A stretch of 64,000 nt of DNA. Origin: Elusimicrobiota bacterium (GTDB taxonomy: Bacteria > Elusimicrobiota > Elusimicrobia > UBA1565). The notes below the pieces were generated by a model. That model searched no databases and was not told where the DNA came from. It was given only the letters and a program-made list of their open reading frames with translations. This document shows positions 26,161 to 35,362 of the stretch, one piece after another (the first letter of the stretch is position 1; every line of letters begins with the position of its first letter). The DNA is taken from assembly GCA_016196755.1 (NCBI GenBank), contig JACPXC010000023.1:33363-97362 (forward strand), written 5' to 3'. Position numbers and translations under genes: made by a program.

Positions 26161-28704
26161 CTACGAGCACTTCGAGTAGCCGCAGTCCTTGCAGGACGGC
26201 TCCGAGCAGCCCGACTCGTAGGCCACGTTGGCGGAGTAGCACTTGGGGCAGTGCGACATCCTCGTGAACTCGATGAGGGCGTCGACGTCCTTCTTCTGTC
26301 CCGTCTTCTCGTCGTCGATCCAACCGGTGCGCTTCAAGTGCTCGCGCAGAGCCACGCTGACGCCGTGGGCGATCGAGTCGATGCGCTTCTCGCCGAAGCC
26401 CAGCGGCTTGTCGCCCTTGACCGAGTTCAGGTGCTTGAGGATCTTGATCGGGTCGCCGCCCTCCGCCAGATACTTGGACAGCAGGATCCCGAGCACCGTC
26501 GTAAGGCCCGAGATCTCGGTCCCCAGCGGCGGGATGTTCGTGAACACCTGGTAGGGCCCGCGTTCGTCGTAGTTGATGTGGATGTGGAGCGGGCCGTAGC
26601 CGGTCTTGATCTGGTAGTACTCGGACTTCACGCCGTAGGCGTCCGAGGGCTCCCGCCTTTTCTTCAAAGGCGCGGCCGCCGGGGCGGCCGTCGACGAGAT
26701 GTTGAGCACCTGCTGGGACTTGGAGCCGTCGCGGTAGACGGTCAGGCCCTTGCAGCCCAGCTCGTAGGCCATGAGATACGCCCGGCGGACGTCGTCGGGG
26801 GTCGCCGAGTTGGGCAGGTTGATCGTCTTCGAGACGCCGTTGTCGGTGTGCTTCTGGAACGCCGACTGGACCTGGATGTGGAAGTCCACCGAGACGTCGT
26901 GCGCGGTCGGGAACAGGCGCTGGACCTTCGGCGGGATCTCGGAGATGCCCCGCACCGACTTGTGGTTGTCGTTGATCTTCTTCCACAGGTCGGTCTTCGA
27001 GAGGCCCCAGAAGTTGTTCTCCTCGGCCATAAGCTTGAAGAGCGGATTGACCTCGACGAAGACGTCCTTCTGGTCCGGCGCCTTGTTGTGCTTCAAGGCG
27101 TCGAGCGCCTTCGCGTTGTAGCGGGTGTAGGCCACGGCGAAGAACGGCTCGATCCCTCCGCCCTGCAGGCCCGCGGCGATGGCGATCGTCCCGGTGGGGG
27201 CGATCGTCGTGCGCGCGCAGTTGCGGGGCATGTCGGCCTGGCCGCGGAAGTGCGGGCCGGCCGGGTCGTAGACCGAGTCCTTCCAGTTCGGGAACACCCC
27301 GCGCTCTTGGGCGATCTGCTCGGAGGCCTCGAGCGACTTCTCGTTGATGAAGCGCATGAGCTTCTCGGCGAACTCGAGGCCCGCGGGGGAGTCGAACGGG
27401 ATGCCCATCTTGACGAGCATCTCCGCCCAGCCCATGACGCCCAAGCCGATGCGGCGGTTGCCCTTCGCCATGGCCTCGATCTCGGGCATCGGGTAGTTGT
27501 TGATCTCGATGACGTCGTCGAGGAACCGGATCGAGGCGTGGATGGAAGCCTCGAGGCGCTCGAAGTTCGTCGTGCCCTCGCCGACCGGGCCCTCGACGAA
27601 GTTGGCCAGGTTGAGCGAACCCAGGTTGCACGGCTCCCAGGGCAAAAGCGGCTGCTCGCCGCAGGGGTTGGTGCTCTCGATCTGGCCGAGCGCGGGGGTC
27701 GGGTTGGAGCCCGAGCTGTTGATGCGGTCGATGACGACGTAGCCCGGGTCGCCGGTCTTCCATGCGTACTCGACCATCATGTCGAAGACCTCGCGAGCGC
27801 GGACCTTGCCGCAGGGCTGGCCGTCGCGCGGGCTCTTGAGGTCGTACTCCTTATCTTCCTTGACCGCCGCGATGAAGGCCGCGTCGATGCCCACGGAGAC
27901 GTTGAAGTTCTCCATGATGCCGGTCTGCTGCTTCATGACGATGAAGTCCTTGATCTCCGGGTGGGTGTAGTGCAGGATGCCCATGTTGGCGCCGCGGCGC
28001 GTGCCGCCCTGCTTCACGACGTCGGTCATCTTGTCGTAGATCTGCATGAAGGAGATGGCACCCGAGGCCACGCCTTGGGTCTTCTTGACCGGGTCGCCCT
28101 TGGGCCGGAGCCGGCTAAACGAGAATCCCGTCCCGCCGCCCGACTTCTGGATCAGCGACTGCGCGGTGAGAGCCTTGGTGATGCCTTCCATGGAGTCCGG
28201 CACCGGGAGGACGTAGCAGGCCGAGAGCTGCTGGAGTTCGCGCCCGGCGTTCATGAGGGTCGGGGAGTTCGGCAGGAAGTCCCAGGAGGCCATCAGATTG
28301 TAGAAGCGTGTCTCCCAGGTGGCCACCAGGCGCGCCGCCTCGGGGATTTTCTGGACCGTCTTCTCGAGATTGGCGATGAGGTGCATGAAGTTCTTGTCCC
28401 GGTCGCCGGCCTCGCCGATCCCTTCGTGGAAGAGGGTCATGGAGGTGGCCTTGGCGTCGGGGGCCGGGGCCGCGGCGGAGTGGACGGTGCGGCGGACGCC
28501 GTCGTAGACGCCCCACTTCTCGGCGGAGGGATGCAGGAGTATCTCGGCCAAAGCGATGTTGTGCGCCACGCCCTCCAGCCACTGCTCGGCCGAGGGGGTG
28601 TCGCGCAGGTACTTATCCCTAATAACCTTGAGCTGGTTCTCGCTGATCTGGAGCTTGGAGACCTTCTTGGCGGAGTCCTTGGCGACCGTCTTTAGCTGCT
28701 TCAC
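26161..28704 (-). CDS. nrdJ: Class II adenosylcobalamin-dependent ribonucleotide reductase
   Basis: FLPNSPTLMNAG, QLSACYV, GGGTG, QGGTRRGANM, TNPCGEQPL, APTGT, C-terminal TSCPD and CPKC/CKDCGYSKC. Confidence 0.96.
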   Translation of the reverse strand: MKQLKTVAKDSAKKVSKLQISENQLKVIRDKYLRDTPSAEQWLEGVAHNIALAEILLHPSAEKWGVYDGVRRTVHSAAAPAPDAKATSMTLFHEGIGEAGDRDKNFMHLIANLEKTVQKIPEAARLVATWETRFYNLMASWDFLPNSPTLMNAGRELQQLSACYVLPVPDSMEGITKALTAQSLIQKSGGGTGFSFSRLRPKGDPVKKTQGVASGAISFMQIYDKMTDVVKQGGTRRGANMGILHYTHPEIKDFIVMKQQTGIMENFNVSVGIDAAFIAAVKEDKEYDLKSPRDGQPCGKVRAREVFDMMVEYAWKTGDPGYVVIDRINSSGSNPTPALGQIESTNPCGEQPLLPWEPCNLGSLNLANFVEGPVGEGTTNFERLEASIHASIRFLDDVIEINNYPMPEIEAMAKGNRRIGLGVMGWAEMLVKMGIPFDSPAGLEFAEKLMRFINEKSLEASEQIAQERGVFPNWKDSVYDPAGPHFRGQADMPRNCARTTIAPTGTIAIAAGLQGGGIEPFFAVAYTRYNAKALDALKHNKAPDQKDVFVEVNPLFKLMAEENNFWGLSKTDLWKKINDNHKSVRGISEIPPKVQRLFPTAHDVSVDFHIQVQSAFQKHTDNGVSKTINLPNSATPDDVRRAYLMAYELGCKGLTVYRDGSKSQQVLNISSTAAPAAAPLKKRREPSDAYGVKSEYYQIKTGYGPLHIHINYDERGPYQVFTNIPPLGTEISGLTTVLGILLSKYLAEGGDPIKILKHLNSVKGDKPLGFGEKRIDSIAHGVSVALREHLKRTGWIDDEKTGQKKDVDALIEFTRMSHCPKCYSANVAYESGCSEPSCKDCGYSKCS

Positions 28705-29230
28705 AAATACTCACCTCTTTTCACCCGCCCTAGGTCCAAAGTCCTACCCGCTCAGACCCGGGCGCGATGCTATTGTTTCCCATCGTTCAAAGCAATAACT
28801 GCGCGGTTCAGAAGTTTAACACCAGCCCTATTTTTTGTCAACACTTCTCGTCGAGAAAGGCCGTTTCCGAGGCTTTCTGCCGGACCATGACGGATTTAAA
28901 GCAAGACGCTGACCCTACCGGAAAAGATAATGGATGGCAAAATATGGAAAATGCTCCGTCGAAGCCTCGTCGAAAAAAACGCCTCGGGGCACGTGTCGAC
29001 GCCCCGCGCCCAAGAGGCCGCCAGGGCCTAGGTTGGCGATTTCTCGACGACAAAGGGCCTCAGAAGGCGACCGGAAAGTCCGGAGGTCGGCGATGGAATA
29101 GATACAGAACGATACCAAACGGTACTATAAGATAATAATTATGTCGTATTCGCACATCGTGCGGGCCTGCAGCGCCTCCTTAATAAGAGCCTTGACGGGG
29201 GCTCCGGGCGGCCGCGCGCGGCACGAACAG

Positions 29231-29259
29231 TTGCCAGCGCTGTCTCCATTTGTTATACT
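29231..29259 (+). promoter_or_regulatory. Sigma70 promoter of rplU-rpmA-obgE
   Basis: TTGCCA-17-TATACT with extended -10 TG, 9 nt before ATG. Confidence 0.7.
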
Positions 29260-29268
29260 GGTCGTCCT

Positions 29269-29571
29269 ATGTACGCTATCATTGAGACGGGCGGGCATCA
29301 GTATTGGGTCATCCCCGGCGAGACCATCCGCGTGGAGAAGCTCGAGACGGAAGACAAGAAGACGCTGACTTTCAAGGCTCTGTGGGCCGCTGAAGAAGGG
29401 AAGGAAGATTCCTCTTCTCAGAAGGCCACCGTCACGGCCGAGGTCGTCCGGCAGATGCGGGGCCCCAAGATCATCGTGTTCAAGAAGAAGCCGAAGTCGA
29501 AGTACAGCCGCAAGTACGGTCATCGCCAGTCGCTGACCGAAATCAAGATCACGAAGATCTCCCTCAACTGA
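29269..29571 (+). CDS. rplU: 50S ribosomal protein L21
   Basis: MYAIIETGGHQY...GHRQ. Confidence 0.97.
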   Translation: MYAIIETGGHQYWVIPGETIRVEKLETEDKKTLTFKALWAAEEGKEDSSSQKATVTAEVVRQMRGPKIIVFKKKPKSKYSRKYGHRQSLTEIKITKISLN

Positions 29572-29580
29572 GACGATAAC

Positions 29581-29847
29581 ATGGCACACACAAAAGCCCA
29601 AGGCTCAAGCTCCAACGGCCGCGACTCCAACGGCCAGCGGCTGGGCGTGAAGAACTACGGCGGCCAGCTCGTGAAGGCCGGAATGGTGCTGGTCCGCCAG
29701 CGCGGCACGAAGTTCCTGCCCGGCGTCAACGTGGGTAAGGGGAAGGACGACACGCTCTTCACGAAGATCGACGGCGTCGTGACCTTCGAGTGGGCGAAGA
29801 AGGACAAGAAGCGCCTCAGCGTCTACCCCGCTCCCGCCGCGAAGTAA
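29581..29847 (+). CDS. rpmA: 50S ribosomal protein L27
   Basis: [30 protein letters not shown]. Confidence 0.98.
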   Translation: MAHTKAQGSSSNGRDSNGQRLGVKNYGGQLVKAGMVLVRQRGTKFLPGVNVGKGKDDTLFTKIDGVVTFEWAKKDKKRLSVYPAPAAK

Positions 29848-29850
29848 CCT

Positions 29851-31191
29851 ACGAAGTTCATCGACCGGGTCCGCATCGACGCGCGGGGCGGGCGCGGCGG
29901 TAACGGCTGCCTCTCCTTCCTGCACGAGAAGTATCGCGAGTTCGGCGGCCCTAACGGGGGCGACGGCGGGCGCGGCGGCGCCGTATTCCTGGAGGCCGAC
30001 TCCAACCTTTCCACCCTGCTGGACGTCTCCTTCCGCCCCCGCCTCCACGCCCAGGAGGGGGAGAACGGCAAGTCCGGCATGAAGACCGGGAGCTCCGCCG
30101 CCGACATGGTCCTCAAGGTCCCCACCGGCACCGTCGTCCTGCGCGCCGGAGTCGTGGTGGCCGACCTGGCCAACCACGGCCAGCGCTTCCTCGCGGCGAA
30201 GGGCGGGCGCGGCGGGCGCGGCAACCAATCCTTCAAGACCCACGACAACACCGCGCCGCGCATCTACGAGAAGGGCGAGCCGGGCGAGCACGTCGAGCTC
30301 GACCTCGAGCTCAAGCTCATCGCCGACGTGGGCTTGGCGGGCTTTCCCAACGCCGGCAAGTCCACCCTGCTGGCGCGGCTCTCCAACGCCCGGCCCAAGG
30401 TGGCGGCCTACCCTTTCACGACCCTCTCGCCCCACCTGGGCATCGTCACCCATAAGAACCGCAGTTTCGTCCTGGCCGACGTGCCCGGCCTCATCGAGGG
30501 GGCGTCGGAGGGCAAGGGCTTGGGCGGCGACTTCCTGCGCCACGTGGAGCGGACCCGCGTCATCGTCCAGCTCGTGGACCCGGCGGGCTTCGGCAAGGCC
30601 GGCCCGGTCGACGGGATCAAGGTCATCGAGGATGAGCTCAAGGCCTACAGCCGCCTTTTGGCCGGCAAGCCGCGGCTGTTGGTCCTCAACAAGGCCGACC
30701 TGCCCGAAGCCGCCGAGGTGCTCAAGCGCATCCAGGCCCGCTACCGCTCGCGCCGGGTGTTCCTGATCTCGGGCGCCACCGGCGAGGGGCTGGGCGAGCT
30801 CCTCGACGCCGTCATCGAGGAACTCTCCCGCCAGCCGCGCGAGCCCTTCCTGTTCGTCCCCGAAGACGAAAGGTCGCACAAAGTCCTCAAGGGCTTCTTG
30901 GTCGCCGTCGAGGCGGAGGGCGTGTACCGGGTCTCCGGGCGCTTCGTCGAGCGCGTGGCGTCCATGAGCGATGTCGGCCTCGACCAATCCTTGGACCGCA
31001 TGCAGAAGTCCTTCAAGCGCCTCGGCGTCGACAAGGCTCTGCGCGTCGCCGGGGTCAAGGACGGGGACGTCGTGAAAGTGGCGGAGCTGGAGATGGTCTG
31101 GGGCGACGCCATGCCCGAGCGCCCGAAGGAAGGCCGCCGCCGCAAGCCGCGCAAGCGCACCTTCCCCCGAGCGGCACCGCCCCGGGCCTAG
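29851..31191 (+). CDS. obgE: GTPase ObgE/CgtA (apparent ACG start)
   Basis: KFIDRVRIDARGGRGGNG..GGPNGGDGGRGG upstream of and in frame with the ORF-track start; GFPNAGKST, YPFTT, DVPG, NKAD; rplU-rpmA-obgE synteny. Confidence 0.93.
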   Translation, partial: TKFIDRVRIDARGGRGGNGCLSFLHEKYREFGGPNGGDGGRGGAVFLEADSNLSTLLDVSFRPRLHAQEGENGKSGMKTGSSAADMVLKVPTGTVVLRAGVVVADLANHGQRFLAAKGGRGGRGNQSFKTHDNTAPRIYEKGEPGEHVELDLELKLIADVGLAGFPNAGKSTLLARLSNARPKVAAYPFTTLSPHLGIVTHKNRSFVLADVPGLIEGASEGKGLGGDFLRHVERTRVIVQLVDPAGFGKAGPVDGIKVIEDELKAYSRLLAGKPRLLVLNKADLPEAAEVLKRIQARYRSRRVFLISGATGEGLGELLDAVIEELSRQPREPFLFVPEDERSHKVLKGFLVAVEAEGVYRVSGRFVERVASMSDVGLDQSLDRMQKSFKRLGVDKALRVAGVKDGDVVKVAELEMVWGDAMPERPKEGRRRKPRKRTFPRAAPPRA

Positions 31192-31251
31192 CGCCGACAT
31201 GACCGAGCATTGCGCAGGAAATGGTCGACCTCAGATTCGTAGGGATCGACC

Positions 31252-32043
31252 ATGACACCACGATGGAACGACCGTTTCCCGTCCCGCCTCGGCTTCGCCG
31301 ACGCGGCCGCCCGTCGCCGCGTGCGCGCGCTCTACCGGATGGCCTTGGAGGCGGAGGGCGCCGCCATGGCCGGCGAAGGCAAGCGCCTTGACGCCTGGCG
31401 CCGGTGGCTGGCGGCCGGAGGCGCCGGGGAGGCGCCGGAGCGCACGCCCGCCGAGGCGCTAGAGGCCCTGCGCGGCGCCGACCTCGACGCTCGGCCCTTG
31501 GAGGCTATCGCCGCGGCCTGGCACGAGGACGCTTTGCGGCGGGGGGTGGAGACCTTGGACCAGCTCGAGCGCCACGCCCGCGGGACCAGCGGCGCCGTGG
31601 GCCGGCTGGCCCTGCGCTTGGCCGGGATCGGCGACGCGAAGACCCTCGAGCTGGCCGAGGCGCTCTGGACGGCGACCGCTTTGACCGCCCTCATCCGAGA
31701 CACCAGGTCCTTCGTCGCGGCCGGCCGGGTCTATCTGCCCGCCGAGCTCCTGGCCGAGCACGGCTACGGCGAGGCCGACCTGCGCATGGGTGTGGTCAAC
31801 GACCGCTTCCGGGCGGTGATGAAGGAGGTCTGGAAGCGCGTGCGCGGTCTCTACGAGGAGAGCCGTCCCCTGCCGCGCCGTCTGACCTGGCCGGTCTCCG
31901 CCGAGGTGCGCTACGGCTGGTCCACCGGCGCGGCGCTCTTGGCGCGCATCAGCCAAGGCGGCTTCGACGTGCTCCACGCCCGGCCCGCGCTTTCGCGCTG
32001 GGAGCCGCCGCGTCTGGCGGTGATGGCGCTCCTGCCTCTATGA
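31252..32043 (+). CDS. Squalene/phytoene synthase family protein, HpnC-like, with degenerate Asp motifs
   Basis: GRVYLP, GAVGRL, FDVLHARP; paired with HpnD-like gene. Confidence 0.7.
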   Translation: MTPRWNDRFPSRLGFADAAARRRVRALYRMALEAEGAAMAGEGKRLDAWRRWLAAGGAGEAPERTPAEALEALRGADLDARPLEAIAAAWHEDALRRGVETLDQLERHARGTSGAVGRLALRLAGIGDAKTLELAEALWTATALTALIRDTRSFVAAGRVYLPAELLAEHGYGEADLRMGVVNDRFRAVMKEVWKRVRGLYEESRPLPRRLTWPVSAEVRYGWSTGAALLARISQGGFDVLHARPALSRWEPPRLAVMALLPL

Positions 32044-32885
32044 CCGCCCCGGCCGCGCCCCCGCAATCCGGCTCGAGCTTCTCGCTGGGCTTCCTCTTCC
32101 TCTCCAAGGAGCGCCGCGCGGGGCTCGAGGCGGTCTACGAATTCTGCCGCGTGGTCGACGACATCCTCGATGACGGCGCGCGCACCAAGGACGCGGCCGC
32201 GGCGGAGCTGGACTTCTGGCGCGAGGAGGTCGAAAGGCTCTACGCCGGCCGGCCCACGCACGAGCTGGCCCGGCGCCTGGCCCCGCACGTGGAGCGGTTC
32301 GCCCTGCCGCGGGAAGGGTTCGAAGAACTCGTCAACGGCGTGGCGATGGACTTGGACAAGACCCGCTACGAGACCCAGGCCGAGCTCGACAAATACCTCT
32401 TCGGGGTGGCCGGGACGGTGGGGCTCCTTTGCGTCGAGCTCTTCGGCCACCGCCACACCCCGCCCGAGGCCCTGCGCGACTACGCGGTGACGATGGGCAA
32501 TGCCTTTCAGCTCACCAACATCATGCGCGACGTGGGCGTCGACCTCGAGAAGGGCCGCCTGTACCTGCCGCTGGAGGACCTGCGCGCGGCGGGCTGCGAC
32601 GAGGGAACGCTCCTGCGCCGCGAGCATACCCCGGCCTTCGCCGAGGCGATGCGCCGGGTCTACGGCCGCGCCAAGGACGCCTATCGGCGCGCCGGAACCC
32701 TGCTCGACGTCCGCGACCGTCCGGCCCAGCTCCCGGGGGCCGTTATGGCCGCCGTCTATGAGGATGTGCTTGAGGAACTGCGCCGGCGCGACTTCAGGGT
32801 CCTCTTCGAGAAGGTCTCCACCCCCAAGTCCCGTCGCCTCGTGCTGGCCGCCAAAGCCTGGGCGAAGGCCTATGGGATTTATTAG
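32040..32885 (+). CDS. hpnD: Presqualene diphosphate/phytoene synthase, HpnD-like
   Basis: SSFSLGF, YEFCRVVDDILD, VAGTVG, FQLTNIMRDV..D...GRLYLP. Confidence 0.82.
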   Translation: MTAPAAPPQSGSSFSLGFLFLSKERRAGLEAVYEFCRVVDDILDDGARTKDAAAAELDFWREEVERLYAGRPTHELARRLAPHVERFALPREGFEELVNGVAMDLDKTRYETQAELDKYLFGVAGTVGLLCVELFGHRHTPPEALRDYAVTMGNAFQLTNIMRDVGVDLEKGRLYLPLEDLRAAGCDEGTLLRREHTPAFAEAMRRVYGRAKDAYRRAGTLLDVRDRPAQLPGAVMAAVYEDVLEELRRRDFRVLFEKVSTPKSRRLVLAAKAWAKAYGIY

Positions 32886-32894
32886 AATCGCTCC

Positions 32895-33464
32895 ATGATT
32901 AAGCCCGACGCCTGGATCCGCGAGCGAAGCCTCAAGGACCGCATGATCGAGCCCTTCGTCGACCGGCTCGAGGCCAAGGGCTTGGTCTCCTACGGCCTCT
33001 CCTCCTACGGCTACGACATCCGCGTGGCCGACGAGTACAAGATTTTCACCAACGCCCTGGCCGGCCTGGTCGACCCCAAGAACTTCGACCCCCGCTCCTT
33101 CGTCGACTTCAAAGGCGACTTCTGCATCGTGCCGCCGAACTCGTTCGCGCTGGCCTGCTCGGTCGAGTACTTCCGCATCCCGCGCAACGTCCTGGCGGTC
33201 TGCCTCGGCAAGAGCACCTACGCGCGCTGCGGCATCATCGTCAACGTGACGCCGCTGGAGCCGGGCTGGGAGGGGATCCTGACCCTCGAGATCTCCAACA
33301 CCACGCCCCTGCCGGCCAAGATCTACTCCAACGAGGGCATCGCCCAGCTCCTTTTCTTCCAGTCCGACCAGGCCTGCGAAGTCAGCTACGCCGACCGGAA
33401 GGGCAAGTACCTCAACCAGGCCGGGGTCGTGCTCCCGCGGATCCTCAACGGAGCCGCCGTCTAG
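32895..33464 (+). CDS. dcd: dCTP deaminase
   Basis: [28 protein letters not shown]. Confidence 0.96.
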   Translation: MIKPDAWIRERSLKDRMIEPFVDRLEAKGLVSYGLSSYGYDIRVADEYKIFTNALAGLVDPKNFDPRSFVDFKGDFCIVPPNSFALACSVEYFRIPRNVLAVCLGKSTYARCGIIVNVTPLEPGWEGILTLEISNTTPLPAKIYSNEGIAQLLFFQSDQACEVSYADRKGKYLNQAGVVLPRILNGAAV

Positions 33465-33529
33465 GCCTCCATTCTCAGACGGAGAAGCCCTTGCGGGGGC
33501 CCCTCCGAACTTGATAGGATAGGTAAATC

Positions 33530-33967
33530 ATGTCTCAGAAAACGACGCTCATCGACTTAAACACGGTCCAGCAGCAGCGCCGCTGGGTCGTCATCGACGC
33601 AAAGGACGCCGTGCTCGGCCGCCTGGCTTCCAAAGCCGCGGGCCTCCTGCGCGGCAAACACAAGGTTTGCTTCGCCCCCTCGCTGGACTGCGGTGACTTC
33701 GTCGTCGTGACGAACGCCAAGCAGGTGCGGGTGACGGGCGAGAAGGCCGAGTCGAAGTTCTACTTCAGCCACTCCGGCTACGCCGGCGGCGCGAAGACGA
33801 CCTCTTACAAGCTCCAGATGGAGCGCGACCCCCGCAGGGTCATCGAACTCGCGGTCAAGCGTATGCTGCCCGACAACGCCCTGCGCCGCCGCCAGCTCAG
33901 CCGGCTCCGGGTCTACCCCGGCGCCGACCATCCGCACGCCGCTCAGAAGGTGGAGGCCTCCAAGTGA
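33530..33967 (+). CDS. rplM: 50S ribosomal protein L13
   Basis: WVVIDA..LGRLAS..LRGKHK, DCGDFVVV, HPHAAQ. Confidence 0.97.
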   Translation: MSQKTTLIDLNTVQQQRRWVVIDAKDAVLGRLASKAAGLLRGKHKVCFAPSLDCGDFVVVTNAKQVRVTGEKAESKFYFSHSGYAGGAKTTSYKLQMERDPRRVIELAVKRMLPDNALRRRQLSRLRVYPGADHPHAAQKVEASK

Positions 33968-34365
33968 CCGAGAACAACGTCCTTTTCGCGACCGGTCGCC
34001 GCAAGACCTCCATCGCCCAGGTCCGCTTGACCCCCGGCGGCGAGGGCAAGATCACCGTCAACGCCAAGACCGCCGAGGTGTTCTTCGGCGGCCATGGCCG
34101 GCACAAGGAGATGGCGTTCCTCCCGCTGGCCAGGGTCGAGGCCGCCAAGGGCTTCGACGTCAACGTCAAGGTCACCGGCGGCGGGATCACCGGCCAGGCC
34201 GGGGCGATCCGCCACGGCGTGGCGCGCGCCCTCGCCAAGCTCGAGCTCGACATCAAGAAGAACATGCGCAAGGAAGGCTTCCTGACCCGCGACGCCCGCA
34301 TGGTCGAGCGCAAGAAGCCCGGCCGTCCCAAGGCGCGCAAGCGGTTCCAGTACTCGAAGCGCTGA
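33964..34365 (+). CDS. rpsI: 30S ribosomal protein S9
   Basis: TGRRKTS, GGGITGQAGAIRHG, ERKKPG..KARKRFQYSKR. Confidence 0.97.
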   Translation: MTENNVLFATGRRKTSIAQVRLTPGGEGKITVNAKTAEVFFGGHGRHKEMAFLPLARVEAAKGFDVNVKVTGGGITGQAGAIRHGVARALAKLELDIKKNMRKEGFLTRDARMVERKKPGRPKARKRFQYSKR

Positions 34366-34373
34366 GCCGTCCC

Positions 34374-34661
34374 TTGGTCCGGAAGGTCAAGGTTCGCGGA
34401 TTGGCCCGCCTCGCGGCGGGCCTTTTCGCCGTCTGGGGGGCTTTCGCGGCCCCCAAGGGCCTCTACGACCTCGTCGCGGGCGAGCCCGAGGCCAACCTCT
34501 ACTCGCCCGCCCCCTGGCAGTTCGTCACCCGCGAGCAATGGCTGCGCTACGCGGGCTTCGAGCTGCTCTACGGGGCGGTCTGCCTCGCCCTGGCGGTCTA
34601 TCTGTACCGCTACGCCCGGTTCCTGCCCGAGTGGGTGTCCCGGGAAGAACCCGCGCCTTGA
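34374..34661 (+). CDS. Small two-TM membrane protein
   Basis: Two hydrophobic segments; stop overlaps next ATG. Confidence 0.6.
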   Translation: MVRKVKVRGLARLAAGLFAVWGAFAAPKGLYDLVAGEPEANLYSPAPWQFVTREQWLRYAGFELLYGAVCLALAVYLYRYARFLPEWVSREEPAP

Positions 34662-35362
34662 TGGCGGGGCTCCAGGTCGGCTGCCGCGGCTTCCCCGTGG
34701 CCAGGGACCGCTACTTCCGTGAGCTGGGGGCCGTGGAGGTCTCGGACACGCGGAGCCGCCTGCCTCGCCTCGAGACTGCGCGGCGCTGGCGCGCGGAGGC
34801 GCCCGATGGCTTCGTCTTCTCTCTGGTCGCCCCGGCGGCCATCACGCACACCTCGGAGGGCTCGCCGCGCGCCGCCGACGCCACCGGGCACTTCCGCGAC
34901 GCGCCGCCGGTGCGCCGGGCCTGGGAGGCTTTCGAGGCCGTCATCGACGCCGTCCAGCCGCGCTTCGTCGTGTTCGAGACCCCTCCGTCGTTCTACAACC
35001 ACGCGAACTACATCAAGGACATGTACGCCTTCTTTCGCGCGGCCCGGCGGGGAACCGCGACCTTCGTTTGGGCGCGCCACGGCGGCGGCTGGGAGGCGCG
35101 GGTCCTGGCCAAGGTGGCCAAGGACCTGGGGCTCCTGCTGGCCTCGGACCCGCTCAACGGCGCCGAGCCCGAAGGGCGCATGCGCTACCTGCGCGTCGCC
35201 GGGCGGGTGGTCGACAAGCGGATCGTCCGCCAGACGGCTTTCAGCGACCCGGAGCTTAAGACCATCCTCCACGCCGGCGGCAGCGGCCCGTCGGTGGCCT
35301 TCCTCGGGAACTCCGACTGCTGGCGCGACGCCAAGCGCCTGCGCGCCATGGGAGCGGCCTGA
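34661..35362 (+). CDS. DUF72 family protein
   Basis: LQVGCRGF, RRWRAEAPDGFVFS..A...ITH, FETPPSF, YLRVAG. Confidence 0.75.
   Translation: MAGLQVGCRGFPVARDRYFRELGAVEVSDTRSRLPRLETARRWRAEAPDGFVFSLVAPAAITHTSEGSPRAADATGHFRDAPPVRRAWEAFEAVIDAVQPRFVVFETPPSFYNHANYIKDMYAFFRAARRGTATFVWARHGGGWEARVLAKVAKDLGLLLASDPLNGAEPEGRMRYLRVAGRVVDKRIVRQTAFSDPELKTILHAGGSGPSVAFLGNSDCWRDAKRLRAMGAA

Noticed and set aside
26017-28695. Long antisense ORFs (e.g. 892 aa opposite nrdJ) and many Arg/Pro-rich overlapping ORFs
   Set aside because: Shadow frames expected in high-GC DNA opposite or overlapping clearly recognisable genes.
29120-29150. dif/Xer-like site (CGGTACTATAA-GATAATAA-TTATGTCGTAT)
   Set aside because: Only a partial XerD-arm match and an 8-bp rather than 6-bp spacer; it may just be AT-rich promoter DNA.
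28705-29230. Cobalamin riboswitch or NrdR boxes upstream of nrdJ
   Set aside because: Some imperfect inverted repeats exist, but no B12-box or NrdR consensus could be recognised by eye.
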